DNA of 63,031 bases, the filler included, from Choristocarpus tenellus KU-1152 (Eukaryota > Protista > Phaeophyceae), in the NCBI GenBank assembly GCA_964200185.2. It is 12 parts of 12 records of this genome, joined end to end, with 100 filler letters (N's around TTAATTAATTAA, not from the genome) between each part and the next. Parts side by side here need not be neighbours in the genome. Positions count along the whole stretch, not along the records: positions 38,162 to 56,755 come from CAXNAD020000534.1; 11 more parts are not named here. One strand, 5' to 3'. The translations under genes were made by a program, and so were the position numbers. The notes under the pieces are model-generated. The model was not told the DNA's origin and did not search any database. It worked only from the letters and a program-made list of their open reading frames with translations. Below, piece by piece: positions 38,842 to 52,300 of this stretch; the first letter of the stretch is position 1, and each line of letters begins with the position of its first letter.

Positions 38842-41800
38842 CTCCGGCGCCATGTACCTCATAGAGCCGGTTTCTCCTGTCATCTCATACCTCGCATTCA
38901 CACGATTTCGTCGCTTCACCACTCTGGCAAGACCAAAGTCAAACTGACACAAACACACCAATTAAGAATAGACATATTACACATACAAAAATACAAGGGG
39001 CAAAAGAAACACATAGATCAGGCGTTAGGAACAAGTTAAAGAGAGAAGGGAAAAGGGACAAATAGAGGTATACATGGGCTGCAGACTTGACACAACAAAA
39101 GAGGATACGATGCCTGGTGGTATGGATCCAGCTCGGCCTTCTTTGCAAGTGATTTGATTGGCAATTGAACTAATAAAAAAATAAAAAAAGACACATACTA
39201 CCGCACAGCAAAACAGCTAAGGGCCAAGACACAAGTGGGCACAAAATACCAGAAAAGGGTGCATATAAAATAAAAATATATTGACGAGAAGGTACAAGAG
39301 GCCACACCTCAGCACTCATAACAGTCAACAATTGGATGACAAAAAAAAGAACATATTAATCATAGGGAATGTATTACCAATAGTGAAGTACTCAATTAGA
39401 AAAGAGTCAGTACTCCAACAGTATAGAAGCATCAGACCCCACAGGAAAATATCTCAAAAGTGAAAATTGTGAGGGTAGCAGCAGGATTATACATTTTTAT
39501 ACTGATTCTCAGACTGATACAGCTACAAAAAAGAAGGTCAGCAGTCAGACAGTAAGACAAAACTGTAAGATCAAACTGTTCAAAACCATTAGCAGTATAC
39601 AGATAAAATATAATATTCAAGGAAATTTCCATCGATTAGATTAAAAAATATTTGAAACCGTTGCTGTCGAGTCCCATCAAACCAACCAATCAAATAACAT
39701 CAACAATAAAAAGAAGAAAAGGAATGATGATCATCATTCAATCCAAGAAGAATAAACACATGTTCATCATAGCAATCATACCACAGTCAAACGCACACAG
39801 AAGAAAAGCACATTTAAGCCAGAGTATCCTACAAACCCCAAGGTTTAGTAACAAGTATGCAGCAAGAAAAAAAAACACCCACACCACATACTAACAGCAA
39901 ACTCAATCATCCCCTCCCCCCCAAAAAATAGATCTCCACCTACTTGATGAGGACTAATCACAGAGTGTAAAAATGCAAAAATAATATATAGGGCTAGTAT
40001 TACAATACAACTACAACTACCAATACTACTAATAATAATATCAAAAAGCAATACAAATACACTATCAAGTCTCTGTCCACCCCCAACCAGCAGCCCACCT
40101 CACCAGCTTGAGGGTTCCATCTGCCTTGAACCCCACGTTGTCTGGCTTCAGATCCCTGTGCACAATAAAGGTATCTGGGGCCTGGTAATGCAAGTGCTCC
40201 AATGCCAATGCCAGCTCCAGCGAACGCTCCAACATGGTCACCTTTACATTGCCAGTCCAGGGGGGGTGGGGGGATGAGGTATGGATTTTTTCTAAAATAT
40301 AAAAATACCAGGACACCAACATGACAACAACAACTTAGGGTTATGGAAGGCTCAACATCATACATAGACAAACTAGTATATACTAGCATAGAGCTAGCCA
40401 TTTTATGTCACATTGGCCTATCTACAAATATGTATACACAGATGTATACATATATATATATATATATATATTCCTTCTGTATCATCCCTGCATGTTGAGT
40501 TCTATTGTCATTTCAATTTTTGTCACTTCAACGTGACGTCAAAATAATATTTGCATAGTTCATATTCGAGAACAACGCCTGGAGAACATTAGCAAACCTC
40601 TCTGAATATTGGAGACACACTTATCAAAAACTGGGGGAAAAAACTTGAGGAAGGGGCGATGCCAAAGGAGGCTAACTCCTTCCAGAGTATTGGTAGAGAC
40701 ATTAGTATGTATTTTAAGGTTGTGTGGGGTGCAATAACTCCCCAATATATTTCCATCCAAGGAGACGACATATGTCACTGGTATGTTCCTACAACCTGCA
40801 AAACGTGATTCCACTGATGGGGGTGTTAATTCACACCCAAAGCCAGTTTGTACCCACATAACCCTATTCAAGTCTCCAATTCAACCCCTTCTAATAGACA
40901 CCCACCACCCTTGATACCATTGAAAATCCCTGTATCGATAATTGGTAAAAAGAAACTCCATTTGAGCATAGTTTTACACAGTGAAGGCGTTGAAGATTGA
41001 TACGAAGTTTTCTACAAACGGGAGCAGATGGGGCTGGCATGGGCATCTGCACGAAGCACTCCTCTAAAATCTCAACAATGTGCTTTCACCATACCCTGCT
41101 TGTATCTACACTCTGGGAAATATCTCATCAGCTGTAATACTCCAAAGTTAATACTTCAAAGTAATCAAAATTTATTCTCCCGCATTTCCAAGAAATTCAA
41201 AAGGAACCGTGTGATATCAGATTAATATTTCCACTCAACGCATGACTTCCCTCAGTATTGATTGAATCCATTACAAATCAGAGATATTTGAGCACAGGAC
41301 TAGCGGCGCATACTAATCACCTGTATCAAATGAATACTAATCACCTGTATCAAATGAATACCAATCACCTGTATCAAATGAATACCAATCATCTGTATCA
41401 AATGAATACCAATCATCTGTATCAAATGAATACCAATCACCTGTATCAAATGAATACTAATCATCTGTATCAAATGAGTACTAATCACCTGTATCAAATG
41501 AATACTAATCATCTGTATCAAATGAGTACTAATCACCTGCATCAAATGAACTGCAGCAGATGGTGCAGCCACAGGTATCAACTGCAAACATTTTTGAAAG
41601 ACATACAAATGGCATAAATTCTCTTTCCACACACATAGAGTTAAATCCTGTACCACAGACACAAACACAGCATGTGTCTGTTCCTCTAGTTCCGCCCTTC
41701 TCAATGACACCTTCCACAAACCACCTGTCGACCTGAACACTGCACCTTGCACCTTCTCTGATACTCTTACATGATATTAATAAATATCAATGGTGTAACT

Positions 41801-44800
41801 GCAACAATATGCTGCAGCAGAACGATATAAAATTTTCTACACAAGAGATTATCCAACTCCTTCGCCTCTACCTACCTCACATCAAGCACAAACATCTCAT
41901 GGCATTCAAACACAATATACACACTACAGTACAAAACACACACACAAAAAATCCAGACCTTGGAGACATGTGCAAATTACCCTGCTCTTGCTCCAAATCA
42001 TGCAACCTGTTCCGCCGACTCTCAAACCAACATCAACCTCCAACCATACAGTAAACACTACCTCGCAAGCTCAATGGCCAACCACCATTGGAAATAAGAA
42101 GAGGCTTGGTTTAGTTCTTGAGCTCATCACAATAGTTGTCAACCTTCAGCTGTTAATGTTTCTATTTCTGTTACCACTGAAAATAAGTTGGCCACAGATG
42201 AGAAAACGCCTCACAATATATATAAATAATTCGATTCTATACACTGAAAGAGCAGATTTCCTTGCTAAATGGTAGCATAATGATAAGCAATCAATACACG
42301 TGTGTAAATATTATCTTCAGCTGATAAAATATGTACAACATTTTTCTAACAGAGTAGACTATTTGCTATACGAATATAAACAGTTGGCATACATTTGTTT
42401 TATGTACAGTGGACATTTACAGTAATAAACCATTACACAGTTGCTCAGAGTGGAACATCCCAGCCAAAAAAAATGTGACTAAGAGAAGTATTGCACAGGC
42501 TTACATACTGAAAATATTTTATATGCACTTACAAGAAAAAAAACAACTAATACATCCACACCGTGGTAGATATTCATGGGGAGGAAGGGAATGAACCCTA
42601 ACCCCAACTATACATTTAGCTTGTCATTGCAATTACTATTCTAGACTGCACACAGGTGATCTCCTATCTTCACCCCTTCAGCATACAACAGCAAATCCCC
42701 CCCCCCAAAAATAAAATAAAAAATACTCACCAATACATCTAGCGTGCAAGTCACAATCCTACCATCAGTCGCATCTTATCATATGATATCTCCCTGCCTC
42801 TTAACCTAAACACTTGAAAAAAAAATCGATCTCCACAAGAAAAAACGAAATCCAACCACTTTCCCCTCTTACAGCTCTCACAAAAAAAATTGAGCACAAA
42901 ATTGTATCCTCAAGACTCACCATGTAGAAGTGCTGGTAACGCCTGGTCCTCTTTTGCCTCCTCATGAAAGTGCTGTCCTTTCTATCTCCTGTCGCAGTCT
43001 CATCCTCCAGCTTTTCTGCCAGAGTGCCAAGCTCCAAAAACTGCAGAGAGCATAACCCACAACCAGACGGCGTAACCACAACTCATCATATAAAACACAT
43101 GCCAGACCATGGCAGAGCATGAATTCACCCACCCAACCCACAGTCATGGAAGATCACATAAAGCATATCATTGCTTTGACTAGTTTGTCTGAATTTTCAT
43201 GGCATGCTCACAAAAAATGGTCAGGGTTTATAAATAGTGCAAGGGGTACTGCACACAATAAAACAAAAAGAGAAGTTTAAGAACATTCTTTAAAAGATCC
43301 CTTTAAGGCTCTGCCCTGTGTGAGGGCAAGGTAAGCGGGAGGGGTGGGGGCAAGGACAGGCCACATTGCCATAAGAAGCAAGGAGCAGTCACAGTTACAC
43401 ATACCATTCTTGAGAAAAGTCCACACTATGATAGGTACAAGAGCATGTCAAACACAGGAGGAAATACCCAGCTTTGGGTGCAACCACCTACGCTGCACTT
43501 GACTAAAAAAAAATATTATTAACGTGGCATTCACAGAGCCACACCCATAGAAGTATTCCCTTGCTCACACCCACAAAATGACCAATAATCATGCCTCTCT
43601 TACCTCCAGCACCAGGAATCGCTGGGGAGCCTCCTTGCGCAGGCCAGCCCCAATGAGGGCAATTATGTGTTTATGTTCCACTCGCTTGAGAACGTCCAAC
43701 TCAACCTTTCATAACAAGGCATGGAAAATTTAGGTGTCAATCAAGACATATTCCAGACCATGCATGTCATCAGCCACCTTCAAAGTGCCTCAAAACATAT
43801 TCCTTTATTGAATCATCAAAAATGGAGCTGACAAGTCAAGGTCCATGTATGTTCAGGGCAGAGCTGTTAGAATTCATGCCTACAATGTTCAATACCCAGC
43901 TTGCAGTAACAAAGGAGGTGGCATGACAAAATTCAAAAGTCCTTCAAACACTTTCCTGCTTATAAATTCTAGGGAACAGGAAACTTATACACAGTATGTA
44001 GACAGTTCTACAAACCCCAAATACAAACAGACTTCCAACCTCTATTGACGACTTGAGCAAAAGGACCAAGTCCTGACAGATGAACGAACAAGGAGGTGTC
44101 TAATCTTTGGGGTATGAAGAACTGGGACTAATCATATACAGATTCTACTGCAAAATTTAACGAGAGAATTTGCAAACTCCAACAATAACCAGTTGAGCTC
44201 TCACTGATTGTAATCAAATCGTCTGGGTCACCATGCATGGCACATAAACAGTGAGCATAGCCGCAAAGAAACAGTCTACCTAAGTGGTGAGGGGCTCACG
44301 CTGTCAGAGGTTAAAACTTTGCAGGCTAATATTGCACACATGTACACTCATGCCATCATGTGCAATACAAACATAAACTCTTTGAGGCACACAGATGACA
44401 CGCAGAACAATCAACTGATCAGAAAAAAATATTCAGTCATCACCTAATCAAAATTAATCACACACGGCAAACTATACTCGGCGGCGATTCACAACTCTAA
44501 ATTTATAATTTTTACTAACTTCCACAACACTAGTGATGAACTTACTTCAAATCAAGCACAAGCAGAAGAATCCAAGGTCACTAAAGACAAAACTAATCCC
44601 CTAGTCCCTCCTCCCCACCTCGAGGTCGTGTGCGGCAACATCAGGATCCTCACAGTCCAATCTAGGTATCTTTACTGCCACTTTGGTACCCCCCAAATCC
44701 GCGGAGTAAATTTCGCACATGGCACCCTTAGTCATGTATGTCAAATTGCTTAGCTCCTCCCACTTTAGCACCCTGTATCCTGGATTAGTTCCTGCAAATG

Positions 44801-45935
44801 TTTTTTTCGTATTCGTATGTGGGCTGCCAAGATGTGGATGACACTCCAGTTCATGTGTTTATGCATAACCATATGTGTTTGTGTGTAAGTGTGGATAGCT
44901 GGCCACACAAAGTAGCACACTAGCAAACACCATTGCACCGCAGGTACTCCTTAAAAAAAAAAAAGCAACTAAGTTGAGTGCACAACTACCGTAAGGATCT
45001 CCGAAGTCTTGATCAGCATTCACTAGACCACCCATCCCGACCCCTACCCACAAAAAGACCACCACCGCAAATTTGTCAAAACCGACCAATCGGTTACATC
45101 TCTGAGTCGCATGACTTTAGACATTCAATTCCCTGCCCAAACTCTACCTATTAAAATAAAAAGAAAGAAATACAACACCAAATATTGTCTTTGTTAATCA
45201 AGAGAGTAAACGAAGAATCAAAATGTTCACTTGAGTATCGTTCGACTTTGGCAGTAGTTTCACAGCCCAGACAACTTGTCAAAACTTGAGTCAACTCCCC
45301 TATCTCAATGACAAACCTGATTTGTGAGGGCTCACCCCCCCTCCCCCACCTCCCTGCGACTGAGAAGCACAGTCCTGGGGTAGGGGTGGCGGGGGGGCAC
45401 CTACAGGAGAGGACAATCGATGCGTTCGAGAACCACTTCCTCCTAACGGAGATTGGATGCCACCGTTCGTCGATGTGAAAGCCTCTAGCCCCATACCCCA
45501 AGGAAACCTAAACTCCTCATCTCGCGTGATTTCATTTCCAATAATACCCTGTGCGCTGGTGCTGGTCGCCACTGCCTCTCCTAAGGCTCCTGTACCGGTT
45601 CTTACATCCCCCTTGCTCGGCATTGGTCGGTCACCATTCTCCATCAATGCCGTGCTGCTTTTGTTATTACCCTGTGCAGTTCCCGACAGAGAACTCTTTC
45701 CAGAGGCGGTAAGGGAAGATGTATTTGACCTCGAAATATCTGTGTCCGTGCCGCACCTTTTGAATGAGATTGTGTCGATTGCAGCCTTAGGCCTGAGGTT
45801 GCACCTTGAACCCTCGTCAGAGGAACTACTTCCACCAACAATATCGCCTAATGCCATGTCCATCCCACCACCTCCATTTACTGACCCCATAAGTGAGCTA
45901 TCGTCAAATGCTTGCTCGAAAAGTCCAGCCGCCAT
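38842..45935 (-). CDS. Protein kinase (TKL-like) with Ser/Gly-rich N-terminal extension; C-terminal exons missing
   Basis: Exons 45317-45935, 44619-44791 (KGAMCEIYSA...VAVK), 43604-43705 (VELDVLKRVEHKHII...FLVLE), 42921-43040, 40104-40241 (HRDLKPDNVGF) and 38842-38943 (FDFGLAR...MTGETGSMRYMAPE). All phases match and subdomains I-VIII are present. Confidence 0.93.
41311..41550. repeat. 24-bp minisatellite x10 (tactaatcacctgtatcaaatgaa) in a kinase intron
   Basis: Ten near-identical adjacent units. Confidence 0.95.
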
Positions 45936-47577
45936 GCCCCGAGAGAGCTCAACAAGACCTTCAATGCTGAATCTCCTTCTCAAGTAGCCCAATTGCTTTC
46001 ACTCGGAAATCGAAACTCGCCCCTCAATCTCGTTCGACTGCACCTCAATGAGACCAGATCGACCGGTTTAAGATGATTGCCAACACTGATTTTTACCCTC
46101 CAGGCCAAAATAGCTGCTGCGGGCAGACGAGGACCAGCATTTCTCTCCCCCCCCAACGTTAACAGCCCCGTGGCCCAGTGAACTCACTCCACTCCACTCG
46201 TTTCTTCAAGAATCCACTACCCAACCCTCCCCTTACGCCCAGGCCCTCTACAAAATAGACCAATCTAGAACAATACCACCACAATGGGAGCACACAGTAG
46301 ATATGGACTCATAAGTGTAAATGCTCCTCTTGGACAATGTGATTCATCTTGTCTCTCTCTTCCAGGGCTTCTGAATCGCGCGACGCACGCATTACCAACA
46401 CGCGGTTGTGTTTTGGGAAATATATGGAAATTGAAGTTGGTGTAGGTCTGTAAATGTGTTGGGTAACTCTTATACACACATACATATGTGTGTGTGGAAA
46501 ATAAAGGACAGTCCCAAGCCACAAGAACAGCCCCATGCTTGTTCCTGAGAAAGAAAAATAAACATCGATTAGGACTACTACTCTCCTATTATTATTACTA
46601 GGTTGTAAATAGTAGAGTATTGAACGAGTACATTTCTATTATTTGTACTAATTAACTACCCACCATACTTTTGTCTCCCACATGCTTCAACAAACATTCA
46701 ATAACGTTGTTCATTATTTGGCACCTATCATCGTTATTTTCACCACAGAAAAATAGGAGGAAGATCAGGAGGTGGTATAGAAGTGCCCAATTTTATCGTA
46801 GTAAAAATTACCCCCACTCATATCATTGATTCTAACCCTAACTCTAAAAATAAAGCATTCTGTTGGAAAACATTGGAAAACAATACCAAACATGAGTGAG
46901 GTGCCTGTATAACTATGGTATGCTCCTCGTAAACTTTCTGGAAAGAAATATATCAGAAATCTAAGAATAATCCAAAGGAGGACCTTACATAATGAACATT
47001 TAATATATTGTATGATCACGTGAGGACTAATAATCCAGTATCTCAACCCTCTAATCCATTCACTCAAAACTCTGCAAGAAGACTTGATTCGGATCTCATT
47101 CAAGGAACTTGATCCTGAACATGGGAATAGGTAGTTTGTAGTTAGGCGAAGTGCAATAGTGGAGTGTGGAGGCCCTACCTAGAACCACAGGTCAACACTG
47201 GAATCCCCACAATAACCCCACAAAGAGTGAAAATAATAGTGAATGAAAAGAGCATTATAGTCCCATAACATTGGAAAAACAACAAAATAATGTAACAGAA
47301 CTAGTAATCGAAGAGAGGAAAAACCAAAGGTATTTAATTCCACAGAAGGAGAAACGATATTTTTTTTGTGTCATGCACCATGCCCTATTATGTGAAAAAA
47401 ACATCCAGTTTTCTCCAGACCCTCACATAACAAATATACCACGCAGTAGCTGATTTGTGCGCTAAGCGCCTTCATTACAAGTTCGGGAACAATGTGTCAA
47501 TATCACAAAGTTACACTCAGACAAATGAATTGAGAGTTAGGCAGGTTCGGACCGTTTTGCATTCTAAGCATTATTTC

Positions 47578-47790
47578 TCAACCCTGTACGGTAGTCTGTT
47601 TTACTGCTCGATGTGCACAATAGTTCATGACAAAGTTGATATTCCCCCTTTCCACACACAACCTGACCCCAGAACTAATCAAATGGTCTCTTTTTTGCCA
47701 TTATATAAAATGGAACAGTTTTGCCCGTTCTTGGGATCCTTAAAATTCGACCCTGTGTACCTCACAATTGGTTTAGCTCCCTGCTGATGC
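47578..47790 (+). repeat. Dispersed repeat, homologous to 31228-31445
   Basis: Aligns by eye with the 31228 copy. Confidence 0.6.
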
Positions 47791-49311
47791 GCATTCAATA
47801 CCACTGATGGTGCAAACTTAATCCATCACACCATCACTGATTCCTTACAGAGTCACATCAACGCTTACCTCCACTATTCCTTACATACTTCACTTTCCAG
47901 CATGACCTGCATACCTTGACTCTCAATCAACAATCCTGGGAAAAAATGGAGGCGATCTTCAAACTACTCCCAAGGATGTAATAAATATGTAGAGTTGCTG
48001 CCATGGATGAAGAATACAAAGCACTCAGGAGCATTAAGAGTACTGCAGTGAGTGATACACCTTGTATGTATTGGCTGTACACAGAAGAGCCTATAGACTA
48101 CCTAGCCTATATTGCACATTGGCAAGCTGGAACGAGACGAAGAAGGATAGCAGGAGCAAGAGGGGTCAATTTGGCTTCACTTGATTCCCTTGGCTCCAAC
48201 AGTAAAAATAAAAACGAAAAAAAACCCCGGCCAGGGTACGAACCCCAAAACACCTATCACTATTTACTACTCGGTTTACTATGCAGTCTATCCCTGTAAT
48301 ACTTGTGGAGTTATATTTTGTCGATGTGTATGATACAGGTGTCTCTTCTTCCTCCCATACAAACATCTTCTTTTTTTTAGGGGAGGGGAGTAACTGGAAC
48401 TAACAAGCCTATTATCTTTTTCTATCTTATTGTAGCACATTGTTCAGCACAGGCATATCCTAATACTTAAGAAGCATACCTATTTAGTAGGCACAATACC
48501 TCTTCAACTCAAAGGTATATCTATGTGGGAACAGATCATACACATAGGGTTAGTGCTAGGGTACAGAAGTATCTATGACGGGACTCAAAAACAAGTACTA
48601 TTTTTTGCCCTACTTCAAGGTTGTTCTTGCGCTCAAGGCATGTAGCTTGAAGCCTGCTTGTCATATGGATTGGCTAAGAGCCTTGATAAGAACAGCATGT
48701 TGAGTATCGGCAGCTACTATATACAACAAAACACCATCAATAGCCATAACATTAACGCCATTTGTCACATTCATCAACACAGATATACAAGTGCTTAGTA
48801 CTAGAAAAAACCTCTCACATCGGAGATATCATGATGAACAGTATTATCACCCACCCACCTCACCCATCGATTCTAACAAGCAAACAGTACACACCTGACT
48901 AGGCATAGACAATTCCCACAGCTTCGCCCACAAGAACAGATTGGTCAAATGTATATCTTACCATTGAGCATTTCTCTTTGTGACCACTCCCAGATGCAGG
49001 TCACTCACCAAACGCCCTCTTCTTGTAGAACACCAACAACTACTTCCACTTTAGAGTAACAGACACAAGGAAAATAACCAGGCCAGACACCATGATCAGG
49101 CGTAGCCTGTCTCACAACATTACCCAACTACTGCTACACAAAATCACACAGCCCTAAACACCTGAGCGGTGTGAGTGTGTTTGGGGGGGTTGGTGGGGGG
49201 GGTTAAACTACTTCTAGAAAAATCTGAAACTCCTACTTTAAACCCTTTCTCAGCAAAGGTACTATACACAAGGTATTCGAGGGGCTTGCCAGCCTAGCCT
49301 CTGCTCAAGCC

Positions 49312-52300
49312 CTACCTCTCACCCACCATGGTGCCCTTGACTACAGTATGGATTTTTTCTTTCACCATGAGCATAAGAGCTGCAGACAGTACCCCCCTTG
49401 TAATCTCTGGAGTTATTCCCTTTTTCAATGGGGGGGGAACAGTGGGAGTGGGGGGGGGGAACAAGTGTGGAGATAAGGGCAGGGGGGACAAGGTGTGTAA
49501 TGGAGCAACAGCAGCATCAGCAACAGAGCAATAAATGTTTCTTGACATTTTGTAGGAAATAACAGAAACATGCAGTGTGGGAGAGGGGTGTGTGTGGGAG
49601 GGAGGGTGTTGGGGGGGCAGGGCAGGAGGCAGCTAACTTTATGATGGTTTAGTGACTGGAAGAAAGAACCAACAGGGTGTGTTTGGTCTGATTGGACCTC
49701 ATGTCTTCAAAAAAATAACTCAGTCCGGAACCAATGCACCGTGAGACTGTTTTTGTCTGCTGATGTTGCTTTTGTTGCTGATGTTGCTTTTGTTGCTGAT
49801 GTTGCTTTTGTTGTTGCTGTTGCTTGATTGTTCTTTTGTAAGCTATTAAAAATATGCATTTACCATGTAGCATATCTTAGTGGATCAAAAAAAGTGAAGG
49901 TATCTCCATGCCTCGTTCTTGGGGGCATCTATGCTGGTCGTTAATTGGTTGAATGGAATGATTGAGAGGGAAGGCGTTTTCATTAGTACGTATTAGAACA
50001 TCAATAGTGAATCAATTCCCAATTCAATCCACCGCTACAATACACCTAAAAAAAAACCAATGCAGACATAACATGAACTGGCACTCTATGCCTCACAACA
50101 CACACAGTAGTAGTCCATTTGTTCTTTCTTGAGTCAACCATCTGTTGAGCTGACAGGCTACTATTTCCCCATACACAACCAAGAAAGAACGTCAAAGCAA
50201 CCTCCCACTTACCACAGAGATGACAGGAGAGGGAAGTGAGGACTAGGAACGTTCTTGCTGGAACAACCTTGACTGGCACAGATTTTCCCCTGTCCAGATA
50301 TACACAGATTAACATGCACTGCACCCCCCAAAGTTCAGGAACATGTACAAGGTAGAACTCCAAAATTCGAAACAACAGGTGGAATTTTTTTTTTTAATCT
50401 GAATAGTATGTTGCAGTGGAGGTAGACCTGCAAATGTTCAATTACCTGGAACAGTGCAGACACGCCTTCCTCCTTTAGAATGGTGATGAGACTACCCAGA
50501 ATGGAGACATTCCCGGCCCCAGTGCTCCTGCCCCCCTCAGCTGTGTCATGCTTCCTGTGGACAATGTATCGATACCGCACATTGGTATAGAATTAGGAAG
50601 GCGGTTAACAGTAGAAAATGAACAGGGAACAACCATGGAACAGGGTGGGACAAAGGAGTGGGCGGGGTGGAGGGGCGGGGGGGGGGGATGGGCAGCGTTG
50701 GAGTTTTCAACAACATGTCTACCGAGCATTTTCTTACTCTTTCTAAAATTGCATACCACTCAAGGGTTAGGGTTTTTGATATATAATACTCAGTACATTT
50801 TTTTCTACAGTTACACATCATACAGGTGAAATCTGCCATGTCAAATTCTCTCATTCAGAACCGAATGCTCAGGAGATTTTTTTTTTTTAAGTATATTCTA
50901 CATTATTTTTTGAAAGAGTATTCTACAGTCTTTTTCTGAAAGCATTCTACAGTCTTTTCTTTTAAAAACGTATTCCACATTCTTTTTCGAAAGAGTATTC
51001 TACACTCTTTTTTAAAAGATTTCTACATTCTTTCTTGAAAGAGTATTCTACAGTCTTTTTCTGAAAGTATTCTACACTCTTTTTAAAAAGTATTCTACAT
51101 TCTTTTTTGAAAGAGTATTCTACAGTCTTTTTTGAAAAAGTATTCTACATTCTTCTTTTTTTTTAAATATTCTACAGTCTTTTTTGAAAGAGTATTCTAC
51201 ATTCATTTTTGAAAGAGTATTCTACATTGTTTTTTAAAAGTATTCTACGGACAGAAAAGTACGCACAAAAAAAAAAAAAGAATCTTCCCTCTTGATGGGC
51301 ACGAGGAAAATAGCCACGAAGAATAATTTTCACTTTTTTGAAGGTACAAAGAAACCCAACATAAATAAAACCCCACTTTTCCATCGGAGGTCACCTGCTC
51401 ATGATGATCACCTTTGCCCGGATGTAAGGAAACACAATCACAGTCGCCACAGCACGAGAGATCGCTCCTATCACAAACGCCTACTTTAATAGAACATGGC
51501 ATGGAGACACACATAGAGGGGGTAGAATCATCGAGGAAGAGGTTTCGGGGGGATTGTCTGGGAGGCAATGGCGGCAGAGAAATTAATTCCGATCAAATAA
51601 GAACCACGCACTGAAATGTATACAACATGTAAGAAACAGTTACAAATCTAAGGCGTTGTCTTTTTTTTTTAGCACAGTAACAACAAGAGACTTTATGAGT
51701 CCCTGGGGAAGGAAGGGGGTTTCAAATCGAATATTTGATTCAAAATAAAGGTGTGTTTTTTTTTGTTTTTTGTTTTTTTGATCATTTTTAGCGATAGGGG
51801 TCAGTCATGCTTTGAAAAAACACTTCTCCACCAACAGTGTACATTGCCTCTTATATCCGGCGTCACATCAAGTCGATAAGGTGGCATACCCCTGTAATGT
51901 CCCCAACTCCTTGGGATACATGCTATCAAGATCTCACTCGAATCCAAGGTTCATTAACCTTCCATCACACTCCAAAAAATAATATAAAGTTAGTTTACAA
52001 CATTGGATACAGTTTTCAACTTCATGAACTGCAGAAAAAGAAAGAGGACAGTGAGAAGTCTGCGTTTACCCATCAATGGAAAAAATGTTCAAAAGGTTAG
52101 TGGTAGCAAAAGAGACAACTAAATCAATAATCCTTCACACACAACACACACACACACACCCCTCCTCTGCCATCACCTATTGCATTCCTGAATAAAAGTA
52201 GTTGGGACCTGAGTATTTTAAAATGCCTTCAAAATGCTACCAAAACTACCAGGTTCAATAGCTGCATAGACCTATTTCAAGTTGTATCTGTGCGGAACAA

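Noticed and set aside
41311-41550. CRISPR-like array
   Set aside because: Units are directly adjacent with no unique spacers, lie in an intron, and no cas genes are present.
45457-45987. 176-aa plus-strand ORF
   Set aside because: Antisense shadow of kinase exon 1.
48215-48300. tRNA-like T-arm plus polyT on the minus strand (ggggttcgtaccctggccggggtttttt)
   Set aside because: No D-arm, anticodon arm or acceptor stem could be built. At most a decayed SINE head; the B-box-like motif near 10390 is similar.
50890-51250. Repeat-spacer array with TATTCTACA core
   Set aside because: The intervening sequences are homologous polyT/polyA variants, so this is a slippage minisatellite.
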